Shown here: positions 10,335 to 19,976 of the stretch, one piece after another
How positions within the stretch are numbered: the first letter of the stretch is position 1
Layout of the letters: the number at the start of each line of letters is the position of its first letter
The notes under the pieces: generated by a model
Databases searched by the model: none
The model's input: only the letters and a program-made list of their open reading frames with translations
Told to the model about the DNA's origin: nothing
From: an uncultured Bacteroidota bacterium
GTDB taxonomy: Bacteria > Bacteroidota > Bacteroidia > Chitinophagales > Saprospiraceae
DNA length: 64,000 nucleotides
Reading direction: 5' to 3'
NCBI GenBank assembly: GCA_902609095.1
Contig: CACLQQ010000003.1
Location: 2,582-66,581 of the forward strand
Made by a program: the position numbers and the translations under genes

Positions 10335-11090
10335 TTAAATGGGAATAAACTTCTTCCAAAATTGAGTTGAATATTTATCCCAACCATGACAACCAAATGG
10401 TAATATTTCTTGATTCATTTTAAATAGAACTTCTGGATTTATTTCAAACGAGAATTTAATACTGTCCTTAATTGATGCAACTCGATAATATACAAGATGA
10501 TCAACACAATAGGAGAAAAATTTATCTTCATTGCAACCTTTAGATGAAAGAAAAAGCTTGATCAAATAGTATAGCTTCAATCTTTTAATTTTAAACATTG
10601 CGTCGAGTAAAGCTTGAATGAATGAGAAGTCTTCTATGACTTTCAACATAGTTTTTCTCTTTCTCAGTGATAGACCGCCATTTCCTATTTTCTTAAGTAA
10701 TGGAGAGTTTGATTTTGCGTTGATAAAACCTTTGAACCACGGAGCTCCGATGTAATCATAGTTTCTTTTAAGCCATGGGTCCAATTCATCAGAGAAAATC
10801 CAGGCGTCATACTGGCAAATGAGAACAAATTCTGTATCGAACAATTCCCAAAAAGTAGAACTCATTAAAAACTGATTATACGAAGTGATCGAGGAGAGAT
10901 GCTTGTAAGGCACTAGCGTTATGAGTACATTACCTCTAACAAATTTTCGATAATATTCTATCAGTAAATTATCAGCAATGAGAAGCTCGAATCGGTACTT
11001 AGCTAATTTCTGAATATTGTTTATTAATGCCAATTCTTCATTACGCTTTAGCATTGGCGTGTAGATTGGGCAAACTATTGTACAATTCAT
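10335..11090 (-). CDS. DUF5672 family protein (putative glycosyltransferase)
   Basis: ICQYDAWIF, YDYIGAPW, GNGGLSLR, NEDKFFS, FSFE, PFGCHGW. Confidence 0.88.
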   Translation of the reverse strand: MNCTIVCPIYTPMLKRNEELALINNIQKLAKYRFELLIADNLLIEYYRKFVRGNVLITLVPYKHLSSITSYNQFLMSSTFWELFDTEFVLICQYDAWIFSDELDPWLKRNYDYIGAPWFKGFINAKSNSPLLKKIGNGGLSLRKRKTMLKVIEDFSFIQALLDAMFKIKRLKLYYLIKLFLSSKGCNEDKFFSYCVDHLVYYRVASIKDSIKFSFEINPEVLFKMNQEILPFGCHGWDKYSTQFWKKFIPI

Positions 11091-11890
11091 ATTTTGTAGC
11101 AGAATAAATTCAATTGGAATTCCATTGATAAATTTGACGGTTGCAACTTATAACGCTCTAAGTTATGACCAGCTGCCTGTTCAATGTAATATCTAAATCC
11201 TGACTGTGAGAAGATACTGAGAATGTGTTGTAATTCCTGTCTTTTATTGCGTATGCTATGATATTCAACAAATATGTACTTACATTTTGATAAATGGTTT
11301 TTTGCGCTTTTTAATACATCAATTTCAGCTCCTTCTATATCGATTTTTAAAAAAAAGATTGAGTGGTATGTCTGTAGGATTTCAATCAATGAAACTGTTT
11401 CTATTTGAATTACAGGACCATCTGTATTATCAACAATTCTACTTTCCATATTTCCTTTATTTCTAAATAGAATGCCTTGATCATCAACCCAAACTGCTTT
11501 ATTTATCGAGGTGACATTTGATAAATTGTGGGATTGCATATTCTTTTTGAGAACTTCGAAATTAAGTGGGTCTGGCTCTATCGCAATTACCTTGGAATTT
11601 GGGAATCTATCTTTTAAATAAATGATTCCGACTCCTATGTTTGCCCCGCAATCAATGATTATTGGTTCTTTCTGGTCAGTATCTGTTGGAATGGAATAGG
11701 CAGAGTCTCTGAATATTTCTCGTCTACAGGTAATGAAATTCCTTGAATCAACATAGAAGGTCCTGAAACCTAATAATTTCGTGCTACCTTCTTTCATTCT
11801 TTTTCTATTGTGCAATAGAAAATCTGAAAATATTGAATTGCCAAATCGAGCCTCGTTCAGAAAATTAAGGAACCTGATTAGTTTCTCCAT
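11087..11890 (-). CDS. FkbM-family methyltransferase
   Basis: IIDCGANIG, AIEPDP, LKIDIEGAE, FVEYH. Confidence 0.92.
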   Translation of the reverse strand: MEKLIRFLNFLNEARFGNSIFSDFLLHNRKRMKEGSTKLLGFRTFYVDSRNFITCRREIFRDSAYSIPTDTDQKEPIIIDCGANIGVGIIYLKDRFPNSKVIAIEPDPLNFEVLKKNMQSHNLSNVTSINKAVWVDDQGILFRNKGNMESRIVDNTDGPVIQIETVSLIEILQTYHSIFFLKIDIEGAEIDVLKSAKNHLSKCKYIFVEYHSIRNKRQELQHILSIFSQSGFRYYIEQAAGHNLERYKLQPSNLSMEFQLNLFCYKI

Positions 11891-12789
11891 TTAAACTTAT
11901 TGAGATAGAATTGAGGAGCAGATGCTAACCGCTGATAAAAGAAGAAACTTTTTAGTCTTTTTTCAATTTTAAAGTTGTTCTTTAAAGCAATTCTGTTAGG
12001 ATTTAGATATTCCGTGGTCTTTGATTTCTTTTTAAAAGGATTAAAATAGTTAGTACCTGACCCATCAAATCCGATATTTTGGACAAGTGATAGTTTGGGA
12101 TGAAGACCTAATCCATCATTCAAGAATATAGTGGCATACCATTTTATGGCCCATGAGTCCTTATGGCCAAGCATGGTATTTCTTAATAATCTCAAAGAAT
12201 TGTTTTTATAATCAAACTTTTTAATTTGGGAATTACTCAGTGATGTTACGGATTTGAATGAAGATTTAGTATCTGTATTTAGTTTTTCCCACTTATCGGC
12301 CCAAGTGGCCCAGCCCCAGCAAGTTCCCAATTTTAAGAAAAAGGTATTATATGAAATATCTTTGGTTTCAATAGGAAACATATATCCAGAGATATGCATT
12401 ACCTGAGATACTGATTGATAAAGGTTGAGTGCTTCATTCATATATGAGAGAAAACCTGGAGATGTTACGATGTCATCTTCAAGGACTATGATTTTACCGT
12501 GGGTATTAATAATCTCAGTGACACCAGTCACAATAGATTGTGCCAGTCCTATATTCTTTTTTCTTTCTACGATATGAATGACCTTGCACCACTGATCAGA
12601 TCTAATGATTGACCTTACCTGATCAATCCGATCTATCTCTGATATGGAGCTACCCTCTTTAGGTCCATCACAGTAAATATAGAGCGTACTTTGATCCGCC
12701 AGACTATTTTTCTTCAGTGCTTGAAGGGTCTGTGTGACGTGATCAGGGCGATTATAGGCGAATAATACTATTGGGGCTAATGAGGCCAT
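11878..12789 (-). CDS. Glycosyltransferase (GT-A fold, GT2-like sugar transferase)
   Basis: APIVLFAYNRPDH, IYCDGPK, NIGLAQSI, IVLEDD, CWGWATW, NIGFDGSG. Confidence 0.9.
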   Translation of the reverse strand: MASLAPIVLFAYNRPDHVTQTLQALKKNSLADQSTLYIYCDGPKEGSSISEIDRIDQVRSIIRSDQWCKVIHIVERKKNIGLAQSIVTGVTEIINTHGKIIVLEDDIVTSPGFLSYMNEALNLYQSVSQVMHISGYMFPIETKDISYNTFFLKLGTCWGWATWADKWEKLNTDTKSSFKSVTSLSNSQIKKFDYKNNSLRLLRNTMLGHKDSWAIKWYATIFLNDGLGLHPKLSLVQNIGFDGSGTNYFNPFKKKSKTTEYLNPNRIALKNNFKIEKRLKSFFFYQRLASAPQFYLNKFKWRN

Positions 12790-13661
12790 CAGATATAAGG
12801 GTTTTTAGCCAACTCAATTACTTTATAGCCCTTATTACTCAGTTCATTTAAGGTCTTATCTGTAGGAGTTTTTTTAAAAATTATAGCCACTTTAAGTGAA
12901 TAGGGAATGAGGCCCATTTTAGACCAAAGATCTTTTATTGCTATCTTTCTTTTTACGTGATTCAAGATCTTTTTGTTACTCATGGGCTGTGAGAGATCGA
13001 TCTTATATGAGTGGTAATCATTAATTCCTTTGAACGCTATATGGGATAGGTTGATCCCCATAGCAACCTTTTCAATCTCACGTTCGGAGATTTTATAAAC
13101 GTAGTTACCAACTGTTTCAAATGAATATCTGTTTTTCCAGATTTTATTAATCCAACTCGTGTTCCATCGATCTAAAATGCCTTTCAAGACGATTATTGGT
13201 GCCATTTCAACGCCTATATCAGCAGGCTCAATTAGTATGACCCCTTTCTGGGCTACTCTAATCATCTCGTATAGGGCGATATATGGTCTTGGGAAGTGAT
13301 GGTAGGCCTCTTTACAAAGAATATAGTCATAACTGTCATCGATGATATCTATTTGCTCAGCATTGATTTTTTTGTAGTCGTTGATATATCCCTCCTGATG
13401 GGCCTTTTTCAATGCACTATCAGAGATATCTGTAGCAGTTGCGGATATACCATGATCTATCAACCAGTTGGCATCAGTCCCCAATCCATCTCCAACCGTT
13501 AGCCAGGATTCATTTTTGGTCAGCAGTGGATTAAGTATGCTATACATACGATTGTGTCTCCAAAAGTCAATACTCTCTTTATCACTTAATCTTTCAAGGC
13601 TATTACCCTTAATATTATACTGATTTTCGTGAAGTTGATATGACAATTGTTGAAATGACAT
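12789..13661 (-). CDS. Class I SAM-dependent methyltransferase
   Basis: WLTVGDGLGTDA, ATDIS, YDYILCKEAYHHFPRPY, EMIRVA. Confidence 0.88.
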   Translation of the reverse strand: MSFQQLSYQLHENQYNIKGNSLERLSDKESIDFWRHNRMYSILNPLLTKNESWLTVGDGLGTDANWLIDHGISATATDISDSALKKAHQEGYINDYKKINAEQIDIIDDSYDYILCKEAYHHFPRPYIALYEMIRVAQKGVILIEPADIGVEMAPIIVLKGILDRWNTSWINKIWKNRYSFETVGNYVYKISEREIEKVAMGINLSHIAFKGINDYHSYKIDLSQPMSNKKILNHVKRKIAIKDLWSKMGLIPYSLKVAIIFKKTPTDKTLNELSNKGYKVIELAKNPYI

Positions 13662-13709
13662 GTAGAGATACTTGTTGATTTAAATATTATTCTTGTTATG
13701 CAATAATGT

Positions 13710-14783
13710 CTACCCAATTATTGATTCTAATAACGCTCTTCCATTTTTTTGGTCTGGTTCCAGATAGTTCCCCTCAGCCCATTCATTCCATGACTTTATG
13801 AAATAAAAGCTTTCTTCTACACTTCGCTTCTCAACTAAATTTTGTGCTTTCTCATTGAGCGTTTTAAATAATTTTGGACTGAAGTTTATGAATAACTCAC
13901 CATTAGACTTTACTCTGGGTGTTCTATCCCAATTAGCCACAACAGTTGGAATTTCATTTTTCTCTAATTCATTGCATGAGGCTTCTACATAAGTGTTATA
14001 ATCATAAATAGTACAAGAGTATTGGAGCCAACGGTATAATTTTCTTTTAACCTTGAAATTCCACGAATGATCCATGAGGTGCCAATCATATGATGGATTA
14101 AGTTTAGTATAATATTTAAACCCTTGATTAATCTGGCTTTCGAAATTTCTTGAGTGATATCTTTTGAAAGTGAAAAAAGTGATTTCCGATATACCCTCCT
14201 TACTCGCCAGCTCTTGCCATGTATCCATAAAAAGTTGGGCATCAGGGAAATTAGGATCATAAATCCCGAATAAAGGAGATTTCTTAATTCTTAAATATCT
14301 AGTATCGGAAAGGGCTGGTAACATATCATAAAAGTGATTTTTAAAATCCTTTGCTCCGTAATACTTCTGTTTCATCATGACTTTGTTGGATTCTCCAAGC
14401 CAAGATCTCGTCCAATCATGATTAGCCCAACAAAGGCAGTGTTGTACCCTTACATTTTCGTTTGTTAGCATTTGACCATAAGGACGACTTAACAATCGTT
14501 TTTTACCTCCAAACCAGTAGTGCCAATAACAAAAGGCGCTAATACCATAATGTAGTGCTAATAGAGATTGATTTTCTTGGGTCTCTTGGAGTCTCAAATC
14601 ATAAAATCCGAGCTCTCCAGGTAATTTTGGCTGTTCATGTCCTTTGAATAGAGGTCTCGCCTTTGATACATTATGCCATTCTGTATATCCTTTTCCCCAC
14701 CAGTCATCATTTTCAGATATGGGATGATATTGGGGTAAATAAAACGCTATTCTTTTTACTTTAGTGTCTCTAAAAGACGTCAT
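13710..14783 (-). CDS. WbsX-like / glycoside hydrolase family 99-like domain protein
   Basis: IAFYLPQYHPISENDDWWGKGYTEW, LGFYDLR, FCYWHYWF, CLCWANHDW, NWDRTPR, KSWNEWAEGNYLEPD. Confidence 0.92.
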   Translation of the reverse strand: MTSFRDTKVKRIAFYLPQYHPISENDDWWGKGYTEWHNVSKARPLFKGHEQPKLPGELGFYDLRLQETQENQSLLALHYGISAFCYWHYWFGGKKRLLSRPYGQMLTNENVRVQHCLCWANHDWTRSWLGESNKVMMKQKYYGAKDFKNHFYDMLPALSDTRYLRIKKSPLFGIYDPNFPDAQLFMDTWQELASKEGISEITFFTFKRYHSRNFESQINQGFKYYTKLNPSYDWHLMDHSWNFKVKRKLYRWLQYSCTIYDYNTYVEASCNELEKNEIPTVVANWDRTPRVKSNGELFINFSPKLFKTLNEKAQNLVEKRSVEESFYFIKSWNEWAEGNYLEPDQKNGRALLESIIG

Positions 14784-15695
14784 ATGGTTATAGCTGCTAT
14801 ATATAGATTAATGATGCCGAGTGAGTTAAGAAAGGCAATATACGATGGTTTTCTAGGAAAGGTATTATTGTACAAAAGGAATTTCAACATTCTATTCAAA
14901 GGATTTTTGAGGACTACATTTCCATTTTTATACAAAAAAACAAGTAAGAATAAAGCATACCGATTTCTTTGGGAAAATGGTATCAGCAGTTATCCAGGAG
15001 ATTATTCTTTAAAATATAAGAATTGGAAAATTGAAGTACTTGTAGAACCTGATTCAACACTTCCATATGTGATTCATAATGGTCGCAATTTATTTTTTCC
15101 CAAGAATTTCAGTGTTGATAAAGTGATGACATTGTATCGAAGTCTTATTATCGAACAAGATGTGGATTCACCTCACCGCTACGTAAAACACTTTTCCGAC
15201 TTACATGGTAAGGTTTTGGTTGACGTCGGTGCTGCAGAGGGTATATTTTCATTGGACTGCATTGAATACGTGAAAGAGCTAATTCTGATTGAATCGGACA
15301 AAAACTGGGTTTCGGCGTTGGAAGCGACTTTTGATCCTTATAAGAATAAAGTAAGTGTTTTGCACAAATTGGTAGGTGACTCTAAAAATCCAAATGAATT
15401 CACATTAGATTCTATAATCAGTAGGAAAATACGTGAAGATGATAAGATATTCGTTAAAATGGATATTGAAGGATTCGAGCTCAAAGCCTTAGATGGGGCA
15501 TCAATGGTGTTTCAGAAGTTCAGGAATGTTAGTTTAGCAATTGCAACTTATCATCATAAAGATCACATGCGATTAATTAAGGAATATTTCCAATCATTGA
15601 ATTATAGGGTTTCAGAGAGTGAGGGATATATATATTGGAATAGACAGTTGAATGAAGTATTGTTGTACGCTAACAGTTCAAATCAGCACAAATAA
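14784..15695 (+). CDS. FkbM-family methyltransferase (opposite strand to the rest of the cluster)
   Basis: EQDVDSPHRY, VDVGAAEGIFSL, VKMDIEGFE, ATYH. Confidence 0.88.
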   Translation: MVIAAIYRLMMPSELRKAIYDGFLGKVLLYKRNFNILFKGFLRTTFPFLYKKTSKNKAYRFLWENGISSYPGDYSLKYKNWKIEVLVEPDSTLPYVIHNGRNLFFPKNFSVDKVMTLYRSLIIEQDVDSPHRYVKHFSDLHGKVLVDVGAAEGIFSLDCIEYVKELILIESDKNWVSALEATFDPYKNKVSVLHKLVGDSKNPNEFTLDSIISRKIREDDKIFVKMDIEGFELKALDGASMVFQKFRNVSLAIATYHHKDHMRLIKEYFQSLNYRVSESEGYIYWNRQLNEVLLYANSSNQHK

Positions 15696-16351
15696 TGATT
15701 TCTACTTTTAAACATAAATGGAAATTCAGAAAATTCCGAAAAATATGGAGAAAGCTGAATAAACATAACGATACTCATATTGGAAGAAGAGTGTTCAATC
15801 CTGAAATAGTTAAGGTAGGGTCTTATAGTTATGGGGCATTGAATGTTTATAGCTATAACGAAAAATCCAATGACAAATTGGTTATTGGAAACTATGTTTC
15901 AATCGCCGAGGATGTGAAATTTTTTTTAGGTGCTAATCATCAGTTAAATTCTGTTACAACTTTTCCGCTACGAACTAAATTAATTGGTCTTAGTCATATG
16001 GATGCTATAAATAAAGGCCCGTTAGTTATAGAGGATGAGGTGTGGATAGGAGCTAATAGTTTATTGTTTTCTGGTATTACAATAGGCAAAGGTTCGATAA
16101 TTGCTGCGGGATCAATTGTAACTAAATCAGTTGAACCATATACTATTGTGGGAGGTAATCCCGCAAAAAAAATAAGAAATCGATTTGAGGCCACCGTAAT
16201 CAATAAACTGATGCAGTTAGACTTAATCGCAATACAGCCGAAATTGATAAGAGAAAATATTGATTTATTCTATGCCGATCTGAGATCAATAAAAAATTCA
16301 AAAATTCTTGACGATATTTCTAAGCTTGTTAATCAAAATATTAATCCTTGA
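15695..16351 (+). CDS. CatB/Vat-related hexapeptide O-acetyltransferase
   Basis: IGNYVSIA, ANH, IEDEVWIG, IGKGSIIAAGSIVTKSVEPYTIVGGNPAKKIRNRF. Confidence 0.92.
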   Translation: MISTFKHKWKFRKFRKIWRKLNKHNDTHIGRRVFNPEIVKVGSYSYGALNVYSYNEKSNDKLVIGNYVSIAEDVKFFLGANHQLNSVTTFPLRTKLIGLSHMDAINKGPLVIEDEVWIGANSLLFSGITIGKGSIIAAGSIVTKSVEPYTIVGGNPAKKIRNRFEATVINKLMQLDLIAIQPKLIRENIDLFYADLRSIKNSKILDDISKLVNQNINP

Positions 16352-17179
16352 TCGAATCTTCCGATTTATTTTGTTGAAGCTATTTCTTTGGTATGGTGTA
16401 CCTCCTAACTCTAACCATTGATTATAGTTTCTGTCAAATTGGACATTGTTTATGCCATTCCAAAATTTTGGATATCCATAAGCATGTAGAATTGAAGCTG
16501 AATTAGAATACTTATAATTTTTAGGATGGCAGGAGTATTTGTTTTCATCTAACCATTCAATATTTATATTGAATTCTTGAATCGCAAAGTCGATTATTGC
16601 TTGTTCACCATAATTCAATGCATTTGCATATTTCCCTAAACTATCGATACAGAATTCATAAATTGAATTGAAATCTGTCAGATCAGCACTCAAGGCGAAC
16701 GTACTGGCGCATACGGCTTGCGCCTCCATATCATATTCTTCAATTGGATAATGCAATTGCACCTCAACTTTTGAATTATTTCCCGCTCTTATAATTTTGA
16801 AATGGCTTTCGTCAAAAGAAAAGAGCTCTTCAATGTTTTTTTTGATAACAATATCATAATCTAACCACAATACAGCGTCATAAATGTTTAGGAGTTTGAA
16901 ACATTCATACTTGCTGAAAACCATTAGAGAAAATCGATCTAAAGTATTTTGATTAAAGCCTAAGGTATTCATTGGGAGACTGTAGCGTTTCAATTTTACA
17001 GGATATAGCTTTTGTAGAGCTTTATAGTCCGATGATGAAATACCATCGTGATAAATTACTATGTCATATGATAATCCTGAATTTGAACTTTTAATATCTT
17101 GAATAACAGATGCCACTGCAAAGACCATATCGCTGGATAAGCCAAAGACAATAGCTTTTTTTTTAAGTTTGGACGCCAT
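16298..17179 (-). CDS. Glycosyltransferase family 8-like
   Basis: FSKYECFKLL, VLWLDYDIVI (DxD), EQAII, ILHAYGYPKFW. Confidence 0.82.
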   Translation of the reverse strand: MASKLKKKAIVFGLSSDMVFAVASVIQDIKSSNSGLSYDIVIYHDGISSSDYKALQKLYPVKLKRYSLPMNTLGFNQNTLDRFSLMVFSKYECFKLLNIYDAVLWLDYDIVIKKNIEELFSFDESHFKIIRAGNNSKVEVQLHYPIEEYDMEAQAVCASTFALSADLTDFNSIYEFCIDSLGKYANALNYGEQAIIDFAIQEFNINIEWLDENKYSCHPKNYKYSNSASILHAYGYPKFWNGINNVQFDRNYNQWLELGGTPYQRNSFNKINRKIRSRINILINKLRNIVKNF

Positions 17180-17185
17180 ACTACG

Positions 17186-17947
17186 TTACTTTAAGTAAAG
17201 TTCTTTCACCCAGGATGAATCAGATTGAACTCCTGATACCCCAGTTCTTGTAAAGCGAATGAGCTTATAACTCCAGGACTTTAATAAGTCATAACATTCT
17301 TCAAACTTATGCTGACCTTTCCACATTAACTTGTGTTCAGCTTCAATTTGAATTGACTTGACCTTTTTATGAGAATTTTTGAGCCCTTGTAAAACCTCGA
17401 ATGTTAGTCCTTGGACGTCAATTTTGAGAAAATCAATGAAATCAATTTTATTTATAGCTATAAACTCATCCAAAGTCGTAGTCTCAATTGTAGTGGTGTT
17501 GCATTCAAAATTATGGTTAATGGATGATCTTAGGGATGAAATTCCATTATTATCGGAAGTCAAGGGAACAGTTTGAAACTCAGAGGTACCGACTTTATTA
17601 GAGATCCCCAATTTATAGGTTTTGAAGTCATAGAACTTGTATATTTCATCATAAAGATCTGGATGAGGTTCAAAGCAATAGACACTTTTAGGATCTATAT
17701 GAAAATAGGCTCTGAATCCTTCAGCATCTTGTGCTAAGATAGCTCCTACTTCAAAAATATTAGTTGGTTTAATTGTTGTAAACTCTTTAATAAGATTGCC
17801 ATAAAATCTGATACTCTTCCCAGAGCTTACTGCTTTTGGATGTTTGCGATAAAATATTGGTTTATGTTTATTAACATCAATCTGACAGTGGATAAGTTTT
17901 TCTGTGAATTTCACGATAGACCTTGTCAGTAATTTTGTAATGCCCAT
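17186..17947 (-). CDS. FkbM-family methyltransferase
   Basis: IFEVGA, YCFEPHP, TTLDEF, IDFLKIDVQG. Confidence 0.85.
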   Translation of the reverse strand: MGITKLLTRSIVKFTEKLIHCQIDVNKHKPIFYRKHPKAVSSGKSIRFYGNLIKEFTTIKPTNIFEVGAILAQDAEGFRAYFHIDPKSVYCFEPHPDLYDEIYKFYDFKTYKLGISNKVGTSEFQTVPLTSDNNGISSLRSSINHNFECNTTTIETTTLDEFIAINKIDFIDFLKIDVQGLTFEVLQGLKNSHKKVKSIQIEAEHKLMWKGQHKFEECYDLLKSWSYKLIRFTRTGVSGVQSDSSWVKELYLK

Positions 17948-18048
17948 TGATTTTTTCTTTTGACCAATTAGTATTTAACAATTACGGTTTTGATCCTACA
18001 CGTGAATAATGAAACAGTCAATTATTTTCAAGGTCTAATCATTCATGT

Positions 18049-19887
18049 CTATTCATGTAAGAGCAATTCTTTTACCAAGTCTTGATATTTTCTTTCTCTC
18101 CTGTTTGTTCCATCATGTAACTCAATAATACGATCACACTTTTCTAAAGTTGTAATGCGATGAGCAACAATAATTATTGTCTTACCTAAAGTAGCAATAT
18201 GGTTGATACTCTTTACAATTGCCCTTTCTGTAATTGGATCTAATGCACTGGTCACCTCATCAAATACTAATATTTCAGATCCTTTATATAATGCTCTTGC
18301 AATCCCTACTCTTTGTTTTTGTCCTCCTGATAGTTTAACTCCACCTTCGCCGAGTTGCATTTGAAGGCCTTCGGGTTGCTCACTGAGAAATTGTTCCAGC
18401 ATGGCATTTTTAATAGCAAAATCCATTCGATCTGAATCAGTTAATTCCTCGCCAAAGGCGATGTTATTTTCTAAGGTCCCATTGAGTATAAATACATCTT
18501 GCTCTACGTAACCAATATTCTTTTGGAAAGCTGTATCATCTAATTTGTTTGAGAGTTTTTTATCATCTACTAGGAAATCGCCTGATTGTTGATTGATCAA
18601 CCTTAAGAATAATTTTAGCAAAGTTGTCTTACCTGAACCTGACTCACCTATGATTCCAATACTTTCTCCCTTATTCATTTGGAAGCTAATATTTTCCAGT
18701 GCGTTTTGAGATGTGTTCGGGTATTTGAAACATATGTTTTCTAAACGAATGGCCTCTTGGAATTGCATCTTGTCAACCTCCATAAATGGCGTCAAATCTT
18801 GATGAGCTACAATTGCTAATTCTTCCATAACGAATGATGAATTTTTGATAGCTAATACTGAATTCATCATCCTATTTATGGCGGGCAACACTTTATAAGC
18901 AGCTATACCAAAAAATCCTAAGAGGACAAGAACTGAATCCTTATCTGCATCAGTGAAATATGCGAATGAGAAAATGACAAGAATTCCTAAACCAAAAATG
19001 ATATCATTTGTCTTTTGGTGGATTTTTTGATAAATGCCGATGTTAACAACATCTGTATGATTTAACGCTTTTTGACTGTTTGAATAATCTTCAAGAAATT
19101 TATTTTCCAGATTACCTAACTTAACATCAACAAAGGCTTTCATTGACTCTATTACCTTGGCATAATTGATTGGCATCAATCTATTCCGTTCATTACCAAC
19201 CTTCTTCGCTCGGTCTTTACTAAATTGATAAATAGCTAAAAACACAGGAGTCACAACAATCATTAGGAGTAAGACAGCTTTTGGGTTATAGGCCAATAGT
19301 GCAATTGTAAGTATGGTGATTACTAATAGTTCTGTGGTGAAATAAAAAGTGGGATTCATGTATTGACTTGCAAATCTCATGGGCACCTCAACAACTTTAT
19401 AAATCTTCTTACCAGAGGTATTCTTGTTCAAGAATAGATGCCCTTGCTCGTAGAAATACTTAAACATTTTTTGATTTAAGCGCAATGCTATGTTGTACGA
19501 GAATCTGGTTTGGATATAAACTATCCATAGACTCACCCCATTTTTAATGTTAATAACTATAAAAATTAATATGGATAAATAAAATAGAAGTTCTATCTCA
19601 CTGCTGGCGCCGCTCCACAGATATACAGATCTCAGTGTTTCATTAAAGAAGTGCTGATTATTCGATATATCCTCAGCCCTTAAATAAGTGTCACTCGTGA
19701 TAACATCGCCCTCCAATGCACTTGTGATTAATAAGAAAATCGTTGCCAATCCTAAAACGTCAAAAACAGCATTGATTAACATCAGTATGATCATAAGGAT
19801 AGAGCGTCTCTTCTGATCGGGATCTAATACGGATTTTATATTCCTGATGGCATTAAAGAAAGGGTTGTTGAAAAGTAGCTTGATCAA
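18049..19887 (-). CDS. ABC transporter, fused permease/ATPase (PglK/MsbA-like glycan flippase)
   Basis: N-terminal membrane domain; Walker A GESGSGKT, signature LSGGQKQR, Walker B ILVFDE, H-loop AHR; located in a glycan cluster. Confidence 0.9.
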   Translation of the reverse strand: MIKLLFNNPFFNAIRNIKSVLDPDQKRRSILMIILMLINAVFDVLGLATIFLLITSALEGDVITSDTYLRAEDISNNQHFFNETLRSVYLWSGASSEIELLFYLSILIFIVINIKNGVSLWIVYIQTRFSYNIALRLNQKMFKYFYEQGHLFLNKNTSGKKIYKVVEVPMRFASQYMNPTFYFTTELLVITILTIALLAYNPKAVLLLMIVVTPVFLAIYQFSKDRAKKVGNERNRLMPINYAKVIESMKAFVDVKLGNLENKFLEDYSNSQKALNHTDVVNIGIYQKIHQKTNDIIFGLGILVIFSFAYFTDADKDSVLVLLGFFGIAAYKVLPAINRMMNSVLAIKNSSFVMEELAIVAHQDLTPFMEVDKMQFQEAIRLENICFKYPNTSQNALENISFQMNKGESIGIIGESGSGKTTLLKLFLRLINQQSGDFLVDDKKLSNKLDDTAFQKNIGYVEQDVFILNGTLENNIAFGEELTDSDRMDFAIKNAMLEQFLSEQPEGLQMQLGEGGVKLSGGQKQRVGIARALYKGSEILVFDEVTSALDPITERAIVKSINHIATLGKTIIIVAHRITTLEKCDRIIELHDGTNRRERKYQDLVKELLLHE

Positions 19888-19976
19888 TTAAGGTTTTTGA
19901 ATTGGCGAATTTATGTATTATCTATCAAACACTTATTTGGATTTGCAATACATTAACTTTAAAGGAAAGAAAAGTT

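Noticed and set aside
15695-16351. CatB/Vat as an antibiotic resistance gene
   Set aside because: The glycan-cluster context points to a sugar O-acetyltransferase of the same fold.
14770-16370. Active invertible segment (shufflon or invertible promoter) around the antisense cassette
   Set aside because: I found no inverted repeats at the two junctions and no recombinase in the window; the 54-nt coding overlap argues against a clean current inversion.
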